In this document: one piece after another, positions 18,206 to 27,573 of the stretch
How the letters are laid out: each line of letters begins with the position of its first letter
Numbering within the stretch: position 1 is the first letter of the stretch
NCBI GenBank assembly: GCA_039026255.1
Contig: JBCCMR010000001.1
Location: forward strand, 1 to 43,953
From: Pseudomonadota bacterium
GTDB lineage: Bacteria; Pseudomonadota; Alphaproteobacteria; Rhodobacterales; Rhodobacteraceae
Direction of reading: 5' to 3'
DNA: 43,953 bases
Position numbers and translations under genes: made by a program
Notes under the pieces: model-generated
Database searches by the model: none
What the model saw: the letters and a program-made list of their open reading frames with translations, nothing else
What the model was told of the DNA's origin: nothing

Positions 18206-18979
18206 ATGCTCCTGGCCATCGACGTAGGCAACACAAATTCAGTCTTTGCCATCCATGACGGGGAGAGATTTGTCGCCGAATGGCGCTGCGCAACCGAAGT
18301 GCAGCGCACCGCCGACGAATATTACGCCTGGCTGCGCAACCTAATGTCCTACCAAAACGTGCACGTCCCTATCGAGCGTATCGTGGTCAGTTCAGTGGTG
18401 CCGCGCGTGGTCTTTAACCTGCGGGTTCTGGCCGATAAATACTTCGGCACGCGACCTGTCGTGGTGGGCAAACCCGACTGCAACCTTGGGCCCGAGCCCC
18501 GGGTGGATGCCGGCACGATCGTCGGCGCCGACCGCCTCGTGAACGCCGTGGGCGCCTATGACCGCTATGGGCCCGACCTGATTGTGGTGGATTTTGGCAC
18601 GGCCACCACCTTTGACGTGGTGGACCACGACGGGGCCTATGTGGGCGGGGTGATTGCACCGGGTGTAAACTTAAGCATTGAGGCGCTGCATCGTGCCGCA
18701 GCCGCCCTGCCCCACATCGACGTGACAATGCCCGAAAAAGTCATTGGCACCAACACACTAGTGTGCATGCAAGCCGGGGTTTTTTGGGGTTACGTCGGTA
18801 TGGTCGAAGGGGTCTGCGCCCAGATCAAAGCCGAGTTTGGACGCCCCATGCAGGTGATCGGCACCGGCGGATTGTCGGGGCTATTCCAGCGCGGAACAGG
18901 GGCTTTTGACCACCTGGATGGCGACCTGACAATGCACGGGCTCTGGCTTATTGACCGGTTGAACCGCGACGCAGACTAA
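18206..18979 (+). CDS. coaX: type III pantothenate kinase
   Basis: LLAIDVGNTN, SSVVP, GADR, VVDFGTATTFD, GGVIAPG, IGTGG. Confidence 0.96.
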   Translation: MLLAIDVGNTNSVFAIHDGERFVAEWRCATEVQRTADEYYAWLRNLMSYQNVHVPIERIVVSSVVPRVVFNLRVLADKYFGTRPVVVGKPDCNLGPEPRVDAGTIVGADRLVNAVGAYDRYGPDLIVVDFGTATTFDVVDHDGAYVGGVIAPGVNLSIEALHRAAAALPHIDVTMPEKVIGTNTLVCMQAGVFWGYVGMVEGVCAQIKAEFGRPMQVIGTGGLSGLFQRGTGAFDHLDGDLTMHGLWLIDRLNRDAD

Positions 18980-19018
18980 GCTTCCCAGTCAGCGGTGCCG
19001 CGCGAAGCAGACTTTCCG

Positions 19019-19048
19019 ATTTTGAGTGTTTGGACAAAGAGGAAGAGG
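19019..19048 (-). repeat. dispersed intergenic motif, copy 1
   Basis: Minus strand reads cctcttcctctttgtccaaacactcaaaat. Confidence 0.55.
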
Positions 19049-19178
19049 CGAACCCAGCGCCGATCTATGGAACCCAGGATAATCGCACCGGGTTGGTGAC
19101 CGTTCGGCCGCGCATGGTCCAGAAGGACCCGGACGGCGGCCCGGGGGACCCAGATCGATCTATAACGCGGCGCCAGGG

Positions 19179-19207
19179 CTTGACCCCCGGCGCGCACTGG
19201 CCATAAC
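19179..19207 (+). promoter_or_regulatory. putative sigma70 promoter for rnj
   Basis: CTTGAC-N17-CATAAC, about 57 nt upstream of the ATG. Confidence 0.5.
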
Positions 19208-19264
19208 CCTCAGACCCCGAGCCAAAAGTGAAGGGGGCAGACCACGACCAAGGACACTTTCCCG

Positions 19265-20926
19265 ATGACCGAACGCTTGATCTTTGCCGCCCTGGGCGGG
19301 GCTGGCGAAATCGGCATGAATATGTACCTCTACGGCTGGGGTGCACCGGATGCTGAAGAGTTCATACTGGTGGACATGGGCGTGACGTTTCCGTCGATGG
19401 ACAGCACTCCGGGGGTGGACCTGATCATGCCCGACGTGGCCTGGCTGGCGAAGCGGGCAGATCGCTTGCGCGGCGTGTTTATCACCCATGCCCATGAGGA
19501 CCATATTGGCGCGCTTGGTCACCTTTACGCCCGGCTGGGCGGGCCACGGGTCTTGACCAGGGCGTTTACGGGCGCGGTGGCGCGGGCCAAGCTGGGAGAG
19601 CACGGCGTGGATGTGGATCAGGTCGAGGTGCTGGGCCCAATGCCGCACATGACCGATGTGGGGCCCTTTCAGGTCGGCTTTTTGCCTGTGCCCCACTCTA
19701 TCCCGGAAGCGTCTGGCCTTGTAATCGACACGCCGGCCGGACGTCTGGTGCACACCGGCGACTTTAAGCTCGACCCCGATCCCGTAGTAGGAGAACCCTT
19801 TGACGCCAGCGCCTGGGCCGCTGTCGCAAAACCGGGCGTGCATGCGCTTATCTGTGATTCGACCAATGTCTTTTCCCCGGCGCCGGGCCGGTCCGAGGCG
19901 GGGCTTGCCGAGGACATAGGCGCCCTAATCGAAGGCGCAAACGGGTTGGTGGTCGCCACGACGTTTGCATCTAACGTTGCGCGTCTAAAGACCCTAGCCC
20001 AGGCGGCCCAAGCTGCCGGGCGCAGCGTTTGTGTCCTGGGGCGCGCCATGCAGCGGATGCTGGGCTATGCCCGTGGGGCCGGACTCATCGACGACTTCCC
20101 CCCGGTCGTGGACCTAGAAGACGCCCATGAGATCCCCCGGGACCACCTGATGTTGATCGTCACCGGCAGCCAAGGCGAGCGGCGCGCGGCCTCGGCGCAG
20201 TTGGCCAACGGAAAATACCTAGGCTTTCGCCTGCAAGAGGGCGATCTTTTCCTCTTTTCGTCGAAAACCATCCCCGGCAATGAAGTAGGCGTAAGCCGCG
20301 TCATCAACCAGATGTCGGAGATGGGCGTGCGGGTGATCGATGACAGCGACGGGCGATATCATGTGTCGGGGCATGCAAACCGTCCGGACCTAGAACGGGC
20401 GCACGGGATTTTCAAGCCGCGGATCGTTGTGCCAATGCACGGCGAACACCGGCACCTGCGAGCCCATGCGGACCTGGCGCGGGCCGCGGGAATGGAGAGC
20501 CTTGTCGCTCCGAACGGCACGGTGGTGGACCTAACTCAAAACGCACCCAAGGTGGTGGATGCCATAGAGGCCGGGCGCACATATCTTGACGGGTCCGTCC
20601 TGATCGGAGCCTTTGACGGGGTGGTGCTTGACCGAGTGCGGATGGCCACGCGCGGCACGGTGGTGGTGGCGCTGATGGTGGAAGATGGCGCGCTTGTGGG
20701 CGACCCTTGGGCCGAAGCCCTGGGCATGCCCGAGGACGCAAACGCCCACGCGGCGCTTCAGGACACGATAGAGGCCGCGATTGCCGGTGAGCTTGGCGCC
20801 ATGCTAGCCAAGGGCGCCGACGATGAAGCGATTGAGCGTGCTACGGTGCGCGCAGTGCATCGGGTGACTAAGGACCAGGTCGGCAAAAAGCCTGTTGTGC
20901 GGGTATTAATCAATCACCTGACCTAA
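19265..20926 (+). CDS. rnj: ribonuclease J
   Basis: LGGAGEIGMN, ITHAHEDHIG, HSIPE, HTGDFK, FASNVAR, TGSQGE, IPGNE, HVSGHA, PMHGE. Confidence 0.96.
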   Translation: MTERLIFAALGGAGEIGMNMYLYGWGAPDAEEFILVDMGVTFPSMDSTPGVDLIMPDVAWLAKRADRLRGVFITHAHEDHIGALGHLYARLGGPRVLTRAFTGAVARAKLGEHGVDVDQVEVLGPMPHMTDVGPFQVGFLPVPHSIPEASGLVIDTPAGRLVHTGDFKLDPDPVVGEPFDASAWAAVAKPGVHALICDSTNVFSPAPGRSEAGLAEDIGALIEGANGLVVATTFASNVARLKTLAQAAQAAGRSVCVLGRAMQRMLGYARGAGLIDDFPPVVDLEDAHEIPRDHLMLIVTGSQGERRAASAQLANGKYLGFRLQEGDLFLFSSKTIPGNEVGVSRVINQMSEMGVRVIDDSDGRYHVSGHANRPDLERAHGIFKPRIVVPMHGEHRHLRAHADLARAAGMESLVAPNGTVVDLTQNAPKVVDAIEAGRTYLDGSVLIGAFDGVVLDRVRMATRGTVVVALMVEDGALVGDPWAEALGMPEDANAHAALQDTIEAAIAGELGAMLAKGADDEAIERATVRAVHRVTKDQVGKKPVVRVLINHLT

Positions 20927-21220
20927 GCTGGCATGCAAGGCCACAGACCTGGCGCCGCGGGGCCATTGCGGTGGCCCCTAAGGGGCGACCGCACCGGTGA
21001 TACCGCCAAGAAACCGAGAAAATTTGCCAATCCTGGCGCATGAGCGTACCTGACACACCTTGCATTAAACCACCTCGGCCCGCCATGAAGCTGACTTTCT
21101 GAACCAGAAGACAACCCGCGATGTTGGCGGGGCAGCGCGAAGCCCGATCTCTATTCTTCAAATTGAGTGGACCAATCGCGATCTGGCTCTGCCTACGGCG
21201 GTGCTGCCGGCAGAAACCGA

Positions 21221-21247
21221 TCTTCTTCTTTGCAAAAATACTCAAAT
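21221..21247 (+). repeat. dispersed intergenic motif, copy 2
   Basis: tcttcttctttgcaaaaatactcaaat. Confidence 0.6.
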
Positions 21248-21368
21248 TTCCAAGGCGTGCTGCGTTCTTGGGACCGCACAAACAAGGCGCGCGCCCAACG
21301 CGGCGCTTCCCTGGGCCGTGAAGGCCGGTATCATGGCGCTCGACTCACCCCATCGGAGCCCGACACCC

Positions 21369-22718
21369 ATGCTCACCACGGATCAGATCTTGCGCCAGGA
21401 TGACCACCTCATCCAATCTTTCGCCGACCTAAACGCACTTAAACAACAGGGCGCGCGCACGGTGATTTCCCGCGCAGAAGGGCCTTATGTTTACGACAAT
21501 GATGGCACGCGTATGATCGACGGGATCGGTGGGCTTTGGTGCGTGAACATCGGCCATGGGCGCGAAGAGATCATCACCGCCATCGCCGACCAACTACGCA
21601 CGCTCGACTACTACTCAACCTTTTACAACTTCACCCACCCGAAAGCGGCAGCGCTCGCCGAGAAGATCGCCCAGCTGGCACCCGGGCACCTGAACGCTGT
21701 CTATTTTGGCAATTCAGGCTCCGTGGCTAACGACAGTGCGATCCGCATCCTGCACCACTATAACATCCGCAAAGGCAAACCGGAGAAAAAGCTCGTGCTT
21801 TCGCGCATGGGCGCCTACCACGGCTCAACCCACCTGGCCATCGCCATGACCACGCCGCTTTATTCCGAGGGTTGGCACGGGGCGACCGAAATTGTCCACC
21901 ATCTGCCGTCGGTCCACCACTGGCGCGAAGGCGGCACCATGACCGAGGCGGAGTTCCGCGACCACCTAATCGCCGACATGCGCGCCCAGATCGAACGCAT
22001 CGGCCCGGATAAAATCTGCGCGTTCATCGCCGAACCCATCCAGGGCGCAGGCGGTGTCATCACCGCCCCCTCGGGCTACCACCGCCGCGCCTGGGAGGTC
22101 TGCCAAGACTACGACATCAAATACGTGGCCGACGAGGTGGTCACCGCCTTCGGTCGCCTGGGCCACTTTTTCGCCTCCGAGGACGTCTTCGGAATGGTCC
22201 CCGACATTATCACCACCGCCAAAGGTCTAACCTCGGGCTACCAGCCGCTTTCGGCAACGATCGTGTCGGACGATATCCAAGAGGTGATCACCGGCCCCGG
22301 CGGGCTTTTCCTGCATGGCATGACCTATTCCGGCCACCCGGCTGCGGCAGCCGCGGGTCTGGCCAACATCGCGCTGATGGAGGCCGAGGCCATCCCCGAA
22401 CGGGTGCGCACCACCGGCGCCCGGTTTGAGGCCAACCTGCGCGAGCTCACCGACATTGATATCGTGGGCGAGGTGCGCGGCAGCCACTTTATGATGGGGA
22501 TCGAATTTGTGCGCGACAAAGCCACAAAGGAGACTTTCGCCCCCGAGGCCGAAGTAGGACTAAAGGTTGCCCAGGCCTGCCAGCGCCGCGGGTTGATTGC
22601 GCGCCCCCTGGGCAATGTGCTGATCCTGTCGCCCACGCTGATCATGGACACGCCCATGATCGACGACATAGCCGCCATCTTGCGCGACGCAATCCTGGAA
22701 GTGGCCGCGGGCCTGTGA
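21369..22718 (+). CDS. class III PLP-dependent aminotransferase (omega-amino acid/polyamine type)
   Basis: DGIGGLWCVNIGHG, SGSVAND, AYHGST, AFIAEPIQGAGG, DEVVTAFGRLG, PDIITTAKGLTSGY, HGMTYSGHP. Start 21369 (GGAG) or 21333. Confidence 0.93.
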   Translation: MLTTDQILRQDDHLIQSFADLNALKQQGARTVISRAEGPYVYDNDGTRMIDGIGGLWCVNIGHGREEIITAIADQLRTLDYYSTFYNFTHPKAAALAEKIAQLAPGHLNAVYFGNSGSVANDSAIRILHHYNIRKGKPEKKLVLSRMGAYHGSTHLAIAMTTPLYSEGWHGATEIVHHLPSVHHWREGGTMTEAEFRDHLIADMRAQIERIGPDKICAFIAEPIQGAGGVITAPSGYHRRAWEVCQDYDIKYVADEVVTAFGRLGHFFASEDVFGMVPDIITTAKGLTSGYQPLSATIVSDDIQEVITGPGGLFLHGMTYSGHPAAAAAGLANIALMEAEAIPERVRTTGARFEANLRELTDIDIVGEVRGSHFMMGIEFVRDKATKETFAPEAEVGLKVAQACQRRGLIARPLGNVLILSPTLIMDTPMIDDIAAILRDAILEVAAGL

Positions 22719-23890
22719 CCGAAACCGCCGCGACCTGGGACATCCTGGCGCGGCTTGTGGCCTTTGAGACGCTCACTGATGGGCCGAACCTGGGGCTTAT
22801 CGACTATGTAGAGGCCACGCTGCGCGCCTGCGGCGCAGAGGTCGCGCGCTTTGCGGCACCTTGTGGCGAGCGCGCTGGGCTTTTCGCGCGCCTAGGCCCG
22901 GCGCTTCCAGGAGGCGTGGTGCTTTCAGCGCACAGCGACGTGGTCCCCGCAGCGAGCCAAACCTGGACACGCCCGCCCTTTCGCCTGACGCGGGAGGGGG
23001 ACAGGCTCTACGGGCGCGGCACAACAGATATGAAAGGCGCGCTTGCGGCGATGATTGCGGCTTTCGTTCGCGCAAAAGACGCGCCCCGCCCCGGTGGCGG
23101 GCTGAATGCCCCGCTAATGCTGGCGCTTACCTATGATGAAGAAATTGGCTGCCAAGGCATGGCGGCCATGGCCCCCTGGCTTGCCCCCCGCGTCGCCGGC
23201 GCTTGCGCCGCCCTAGTGGGCGAGCCGACCTCGCTTGCCGTGGCCACCGCCCACAAGGGCAAACGCGCTTGGCGCGCGGACTTCCGGGGCCAGGCCGGCC
23301 ACTCTGCCCTGGCCCCGGGCTACGTCAGCGCACTCCACATGGGCGCCGATTTTTTGGGTGCCCTGCGCGCCCTGCAGGATGACCTGGCCACGCCTGGCGA
23401 CACGACCATCGCCTACCCCACCGTGCACGTGGGTACATTTCAGGCGGGCGACGCGCTCAACCTCGTGCCTGAGACGGCCGAGATGGCATTCGAACTGCGC
23501 ACCAGGGCCGCCCACGACGCCCACGCCATTGCTAACCAGATCGCCCAGGCCGCGCAGCAGGTCGAAACCCGCTACCGCGCGCGCTTCCCCGCCGCGCGGG
23601 TCACGCTTACCCCCGGGGCGGCCTACCCGGCCCTTGCCATCGCAGCCGACCACCCGGTGGTCACCCGCGCCTGCGCCTGGGCCGCAGGCGCAGCGCCGGC
23701 GGAAAAGACTATCACCGTCCCCTTCGGCACGGAGGCGGGGTTTTTTGCCCAGATGGGCCTACCCACGGTGGTCTGCGGCCCGGGTTCCATGGCCGAGGCG
23801 GGCCACCAGCCGGACGAATTTGTCCCCTGCGCGGACCTTGCCGCCATGGACCGGCTCCTCGACCGCATCCTGGACGACCTGCGCGCCTGA
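22715..23890 (+). CDS. argE: acetylornithine deacetylase / M20 family peptidase
   Basis: LSAHSDVVP, LYGRGTTDMKG, TYDEEIGC, VGEPT, GHSA, FGTEAG, CGPGS, HQPDEF. GTGA overlap with aminotransferase. True substrate uncertain. Confidence 0.85.
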   Translation: MTETAATWDILARLVAFETLTDGPNLGLIDYVEATLRACGAEVARFAAPCGERAGLFARLGPALPGGVVLSAHSDVVPAASQTWTRPPFRLTREGDRLYGRGTTDMKGALAAMIAAFVRAKDAPRPGGGLNAPLMLALTYDEEIGCQGMAAMAPWLAPRVAGACAALVGEPTSLAVATAHKGKRAWRADFRGQAGHSALAPGYVSALHMGADFLGALRALQDDLATPGDTTIAYPTVHVGTFQAGDALNLVPETAEMAFELRTRAAHDAHAIANQIAQAAQQVETRYRARFPAARVTLTPGAAYPALAIAADHPVVTRACAWAAGAAPAEKTITVPFGTEAGFFAQMGLPTVVCGPGSMAEAGHQPDEFVPCADLAAMDRLLDRILDDLRA

Positions 23891-24031
23891 CCGGCCAGGG
23901 CCAATTGCGCGCTTACGCCAGGGGGGCACGGGGCAAAAGGCACAGGCCAAAAAGGCAAAGGCCAACGGGCACGCGCCAAACCAAACACCCCTGCCCCCAA
24001 CCAACCGCCATGCCCGGGCCCCACAAGTCCC

Positions 24032-24058
24032 CCTTCTTCTCTGTCGAAATACTCAAAA
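24032..24058 (+). repeat. dispersed intergenic motif, copy 3
   Basis: ccttcttctctgtcgaaatactcaaaa. Confidence 0.6.
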
Positions 24059-24108
24059 GCTCGGCCACCGCATCCGCTGCCCCAGACAGACCAGACAAAC
24101 CGGGCGCC

Positions 24109-24143
24109 AAATAAAAAGGGGCCAGCGCCGCAGAGCCAGCCCC
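24109..24143 (-). terminator. Rho-independent terminator of the PG-binding protein gene
   Basis: Minus strand ggggctggc-tctgcggc-gctggcccc (9-bp stem with two G-U pairs) followed by tttttattt, 24 nt after the stop. Confidence 0.65.
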
Positions 24144-24166
24144 AAAACGTGTACCTGAGACCCCCG

Positions 24167-25738
24167 CTAGCGGGCGGCGGCGCGGGTGACGGTGCTGTCC
24201 ATCGCCTCGGCGAAATCGTGGTCGCCCATGGCCCAGGCAAGCGCCGCACAGGTGCGCAATCCGATTTCATGCTGGGCGGTTTCACCGCCTTTGCAGGTCG
24301 CCAAAAGCGTGGCTGCTTCTTGGCCATAGATCGTGGCCCAAGGCGCGGTCAGCACTGGCGCCATAGCGGCGGTTTTGGCATCGCGCTCCTTTTGCTTTTG
24401 GGCCGCACCGCTGTCGAGAATGTTGGGGAAAGCCATCGTGCCAAGCCCGCCGACCGCGCCGGGTGCGGGCGCCTGGTCGATGGCAGACAGATAGCCCGCC
24501 GCGTCCTGCGTCAGGCCAGGCGCAGTTTCCGCAAGTGCCAAAAGAAGCGGCCCATGGTCGTAATCGGCCACATCCACAAGCGCGGGCGCATCCCCGTCGA
24601 GCGCCCCAACGGTATAGTTCAGCCAGTCAACCGCTGCCTCGGGGTTCTGGGCTGTGCCCAAGCCAAGCCCATGCTGTTCGGCCACAAGCTCCCCGTAGGC
24701 GCCTTCCCCGAGCCCCACCATAAGCGTGGCATAGGTCAAAGCGCGCTCCATATCCCCGTCCGCTTGGGCCAAGCCAAGACACACCGAAAAGTTATTACGG
24801 ATGGCCGCGGTTTGCTCGGGCGAGCCGGTATTCATGCGCGCCGACAAATCCGCAGCCGCCGCAGCCGCGGGCAGCGCCATCAGCTGCTGCATTGTCGCTG
24901 CCTGCTGATCGGCGTAGGCCGCGCAGCCTTCCCGGGCGGTCACCGGGTCAAATGTTGGGCTTTGGCCGACCAGATCGGCAGAGGCTGCCAGGGCATAGGA
25001 CCGCGCAGTGCAGAAACTCTGTGCGAAGACATTGGTGGCACTTTCGGCGCCGTTGCGGGCGCCGATTTCAGACGATTGCGCCACCGCCGGGTGATCGCAA
25101 AGCCGCGCCACAAGAGGCGTATCCGGCGCGGGCGCGGGCTGTTGGCTGGCCGCCTCTGAGGTGCTGTTGAACGCCGTGGCAGTCACCGGCGCAGTAGGCG
25201 CAGGCGTTGTCGTGGGGTTTGACCCCAGCGTAGCCAAAAAGCCCGCCATGGACGCACCCGTTCCCACGGCTGCCACGGTGGTGCCGCCGACACCGCCCGG
25301 TGCGGGCTGACCGCCGCCGTTGCCGGTGCCGAAGACGTCGCCTGAATTTGTGGCCCCCAGGCGCGCGTAGGCCTGCAACAGCTCCGCCCGCTGGGTAGCG
25401 GTCAGATAGCCCGACACCTCGTCCCCGCGGCGTCCCTGGTAGCGGCGTATCGCAGCGCGGGTCCGCTTACCAAAAAGCCCGTCAGGTCGCCCCGCATCAA
25501 AGCCGAATGCGTTAAGCGCGCGCTGAATATTGGCGTCCCCGCGCACCGCCGGATTGCGGTAGGTCTTGCGATAGGTTTTCCGCTTTTTCTTGGCATTGCC
25601 TACGATGGCTGCGCCAATAACTCCGGCGGCGATCCCGGCGATAAAGTCTCCGCTGTCGGCGTGCACTCGCTCCGCCGGGGTGAAAAGAAGCCCAGTCACA
25701 ACGGCCAGGGTGGGTAAGGATTTGCGAAGCGGCAGCAT
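24167..25738 (-). CDS. secreted peptidoglycan-binding domain protein with Cys-containing, Sel1-like C-terminal region
   Basis: Signal peptide. IQRALNAFGFDAGRPDGLFGKRTRAAIRRYQ...SGYL is PG_binding_1-like. YGELV....GLGLGT.QN..AA.DW is Sel1-like. Confidence 0.8.
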   Translation of the reverse strand: MLPLRKSLPTLAVVTGLLFTPAERVHADSGDFIAGIAAGVIGAAIVGNAKKKRKTYRKTYRNPAVRGDANIQRALNAFGFDAGRPDGLFGKRTRAAIRRYQGRRGDEVSGYLTATQRAELLQAYARLGATNSGDVFGTGNGGGQPAPGGVGGTTVAAVGTGASMAGFLATLGSNPTTTPAPTAPVTATAFNSTSEAASQQPAPAPDTPLVARLCDHPAVAQSSEIGARNGAESATNVFAQSFCTARSYALAASADLVGQSPTFDPVTAREGCAAYADQQAATMQQLMALPAAAAAADLSARMNTGSPEQTAAIRNNFSVCLGLAQADGDMERALTYATLMVGLGEGAYGELVAEQHGLGLGTAQNPEAAVDWLNYTVGALDGDAPALVDVADYDHGPLLLALAETAPGLTQDAAGYLSAIDQAPAPGAVGGLGTMAFPNILDSGAAQKQKERDAKTAAMAPVLTAPWATIYGQEAATLLATCKGGETAQHEIGLRTCAALAWAMGDHDFAEAMDSTVTRAAAR

Positions 25739-25948
25739 CGTGGCAACCTCCAGTTTCAGATCGAAAGAGTTGGTGAATTGGGGTTCGGGTCGTTTGAACC
25801 CAGGGGTGTTGAGTATGTCTTAACCGGCGCGCTCGGGCTCGCTGTCATTCCAGGGCCAAGCTTGCGCGACTGCAGGTGGAGCGCTACAGTCCGAGAAGGC
25901 GCTGTGATGCGGCACCTAATTGATTGATATCTTTGACGGACTTCGTCC

Positions 25949-27436
25949 ATGCGTAAACCTGACACGTCAAATCGCCCTACGAATGTGGGAAGGCTAGCAC
26001 TGGTTGCGATGATTTTGCAACTTATGATTGGGGGATTGATCATCGGTCTGGCGGCAGCCTGGCCAGGTTCGGCAGGCGCCTCACCCCGAGTTCTTGTGGA
26101 CCAAGCGCAGGCGCTCAGTGTTACGCCGTCAACCGCACCACAGGGCGAAAAAGACTACCGCATCGGCATCCTTCTTGACCGGGTCTTGGCATTCTATCCC
26201 ACCTCGGCCGAAGCGGATGCCATCCGCGCCCAACGCAGTCCTCCGGGATCAACCCTTGATGTGGTCGCAATCCGCGTGCGCGCCCGGGCGTGGGCGGCGC
26301 AAAATCCTGCTCGGGCCCAAGAGCTTGCCCGCGGCGGCGGCGAAACCCTGGCCCCAATAGCCCCTGGCGCCACAACCCCCGGTCCGGGCGCCCCGGTTCG
26401 GTTGCCAAACGCCGTGGTGACCGACACCGTCACCAAGATTGACGTGACACGCCCCAACGACCCGACCCCAGGGGCCCCCGCAGCGGTGGCAACCGGCCCC
26501 GGCGGCGCCGATAAGGCAGCCACATCTGCTGCCCCTTCGGCCGGCCTGCGCCTGCCGCCGCGGGCCCGCTCCAACACGGACGTACTACGCATACCGCCTC
26601 GGGCGCCGCGGGCCGATGCCTCGACCGCGCTTTTGACGCGCCCGCGGACGGCGCCCCAGGCCGCACCCCAACCGGCGACGCCCCGGGTGGTCCCGCGCCC
26701 CGAGGTGGCCCCCCCACAAAGCCGAACCGCTGTCTTGCGCAAGCTTCGCCAGGCATCGGTCTTGGTCTACTTCGTGGAGTACGGGGCGCGCGGCGTGCGA
26801 ACCCACCACGTCGGGTCCGGCAGCTTTATCACGCCGAGCCATGTGCTCACCAACGCCCATGTGGTCGACGCCTTTGCCCGCGCCCAAGGGACTTGGCTGG
26901 TGATGAATGAAGGAATGGGTGTACGCGTCGCTCAGGTTGTCTCAAACGCCGAGCGGGACACCCCCATAAAGATCGACGCTGCGGTTTTGCAGGTCGACGG
27001 CTATCAAAATCCGGTGCACCTCCCACTTAGCCGCGGCGCTCAGGTGGACGAATGGATCGGCATCGCGGGCTACCCTGGCGACGCATCGGTGCAAGACGCC
27101 CGCTACGACGCACTGAGCATGGCGCTGATTGCCCAGCGCAAGCCCGAACGCTACGAGATCCCAACCGCGCTGGTGGATGAAGGGCGGCTGAACAACATCG
27201 TGCCGGACAAATCTAAAAAAGCGCTGACACTACAGTACACAATGATCACGGCGCCGGGTAACTCCGGTTCGCCCATCATCAACGCGTGCGGCCATCTGAT
27301 CGGGCTCCACTTCGCGGGCTACCGCACCCGGGTGAAATACAACATCGCCGAACATGCGGAACAGGTACTGCTTTATCTGCGCCATGTGGGCCTGCCCCAC
27401 ACGGAGGTGTCCGCCCCCTGCACAGCAGGCGGCTAG
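25949..27436 (+). CDS. secreted or membrane-anchored trypsin-like serine protease
   Basis: Hydrophobic N-terminus, Pro/Ala/Thr linker, GSGSFI, LTNAHVV (His), DAAVL (Asp), PGNSGSP (Ser), CGHLIG. Start uncertain. Confidence 0.88.
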   Translation: MRKPDTSNRPTNVGRLALVAMILQLMIGGLIIGLAAAWPGSAGASPRVLVDQAQALSVTPSTAPQGEKDYRIGILLDRVLAFYPTSAEADAIRAQRSPPGSTLDVVAIRVRARAWAAQNPARAQELARGGGETLAPIAPGATTPGPGAPVRLPNAVVTDTVTKIDVTRPNDPTPGAPAAVATGPGGADKAATSAAPSAGLRLPPRARSNTDVLRIPPRAPRADASTALLTRPRTAPQAAPQPATPRVVPRPEVAPPQSRTAVLRKLRQASVLVYFVEYGARGVRTHHVGSGSFITPSHVLTNAHVVDAFARAQGTWLVMNEGMGVRVAQVVSNAERDTPIKIDAAVLQVDGYQNPVHLPLSRGAQVDEWIGIAGYPGDASVQDARYDALSMALIAQRKPERYEIPTALVDEGRLNNIVPDKSKKALTLQYTMITAPGNSGSPIINACGHLIGLHFAGYRTRVKYNIAEHAEQVLLYLRHVGLPHTEVSAPCTAGG

Positions 27437-27573
27437 GGCGCGCAGCCCTCCCCGCCAAAGACCCTTTGCACAGCGCGCCAGCGGTGCGGCGCTTGCCAGC
27501 GCGCGCATACCCACGCATGGTGCTGGGCAACACTTCGATCCAATGAACCAATAAGACCCAGGGGCAGGCAGCC

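Noticed and set aside
18976-19197. 73-aa minus-strand ORF between coaX and rnj
   Set aside because: No RBS or motif; overlaps the dispersed repeat and the rnj promoter.
21201-21368. N-terminal extension of the aminotransferase in the ORF track
   Set aside because: Runs through the intergenic repeat motif; family similarity and the RBS point to a start at 21369 or 21333.
23891-24108. A/C-rich spacer with short repeats (ggcaaaaggc, cagac) as a possible array or sRNA
   Set aside because: No regular period or constant repeat; only the dispersed motif and the terminator are supportable.
24149-25159. 336-aa plus-strand ORF
   Set aside because: Antisense to the PG-binding protein gene; typical high-GC shadow ORF.
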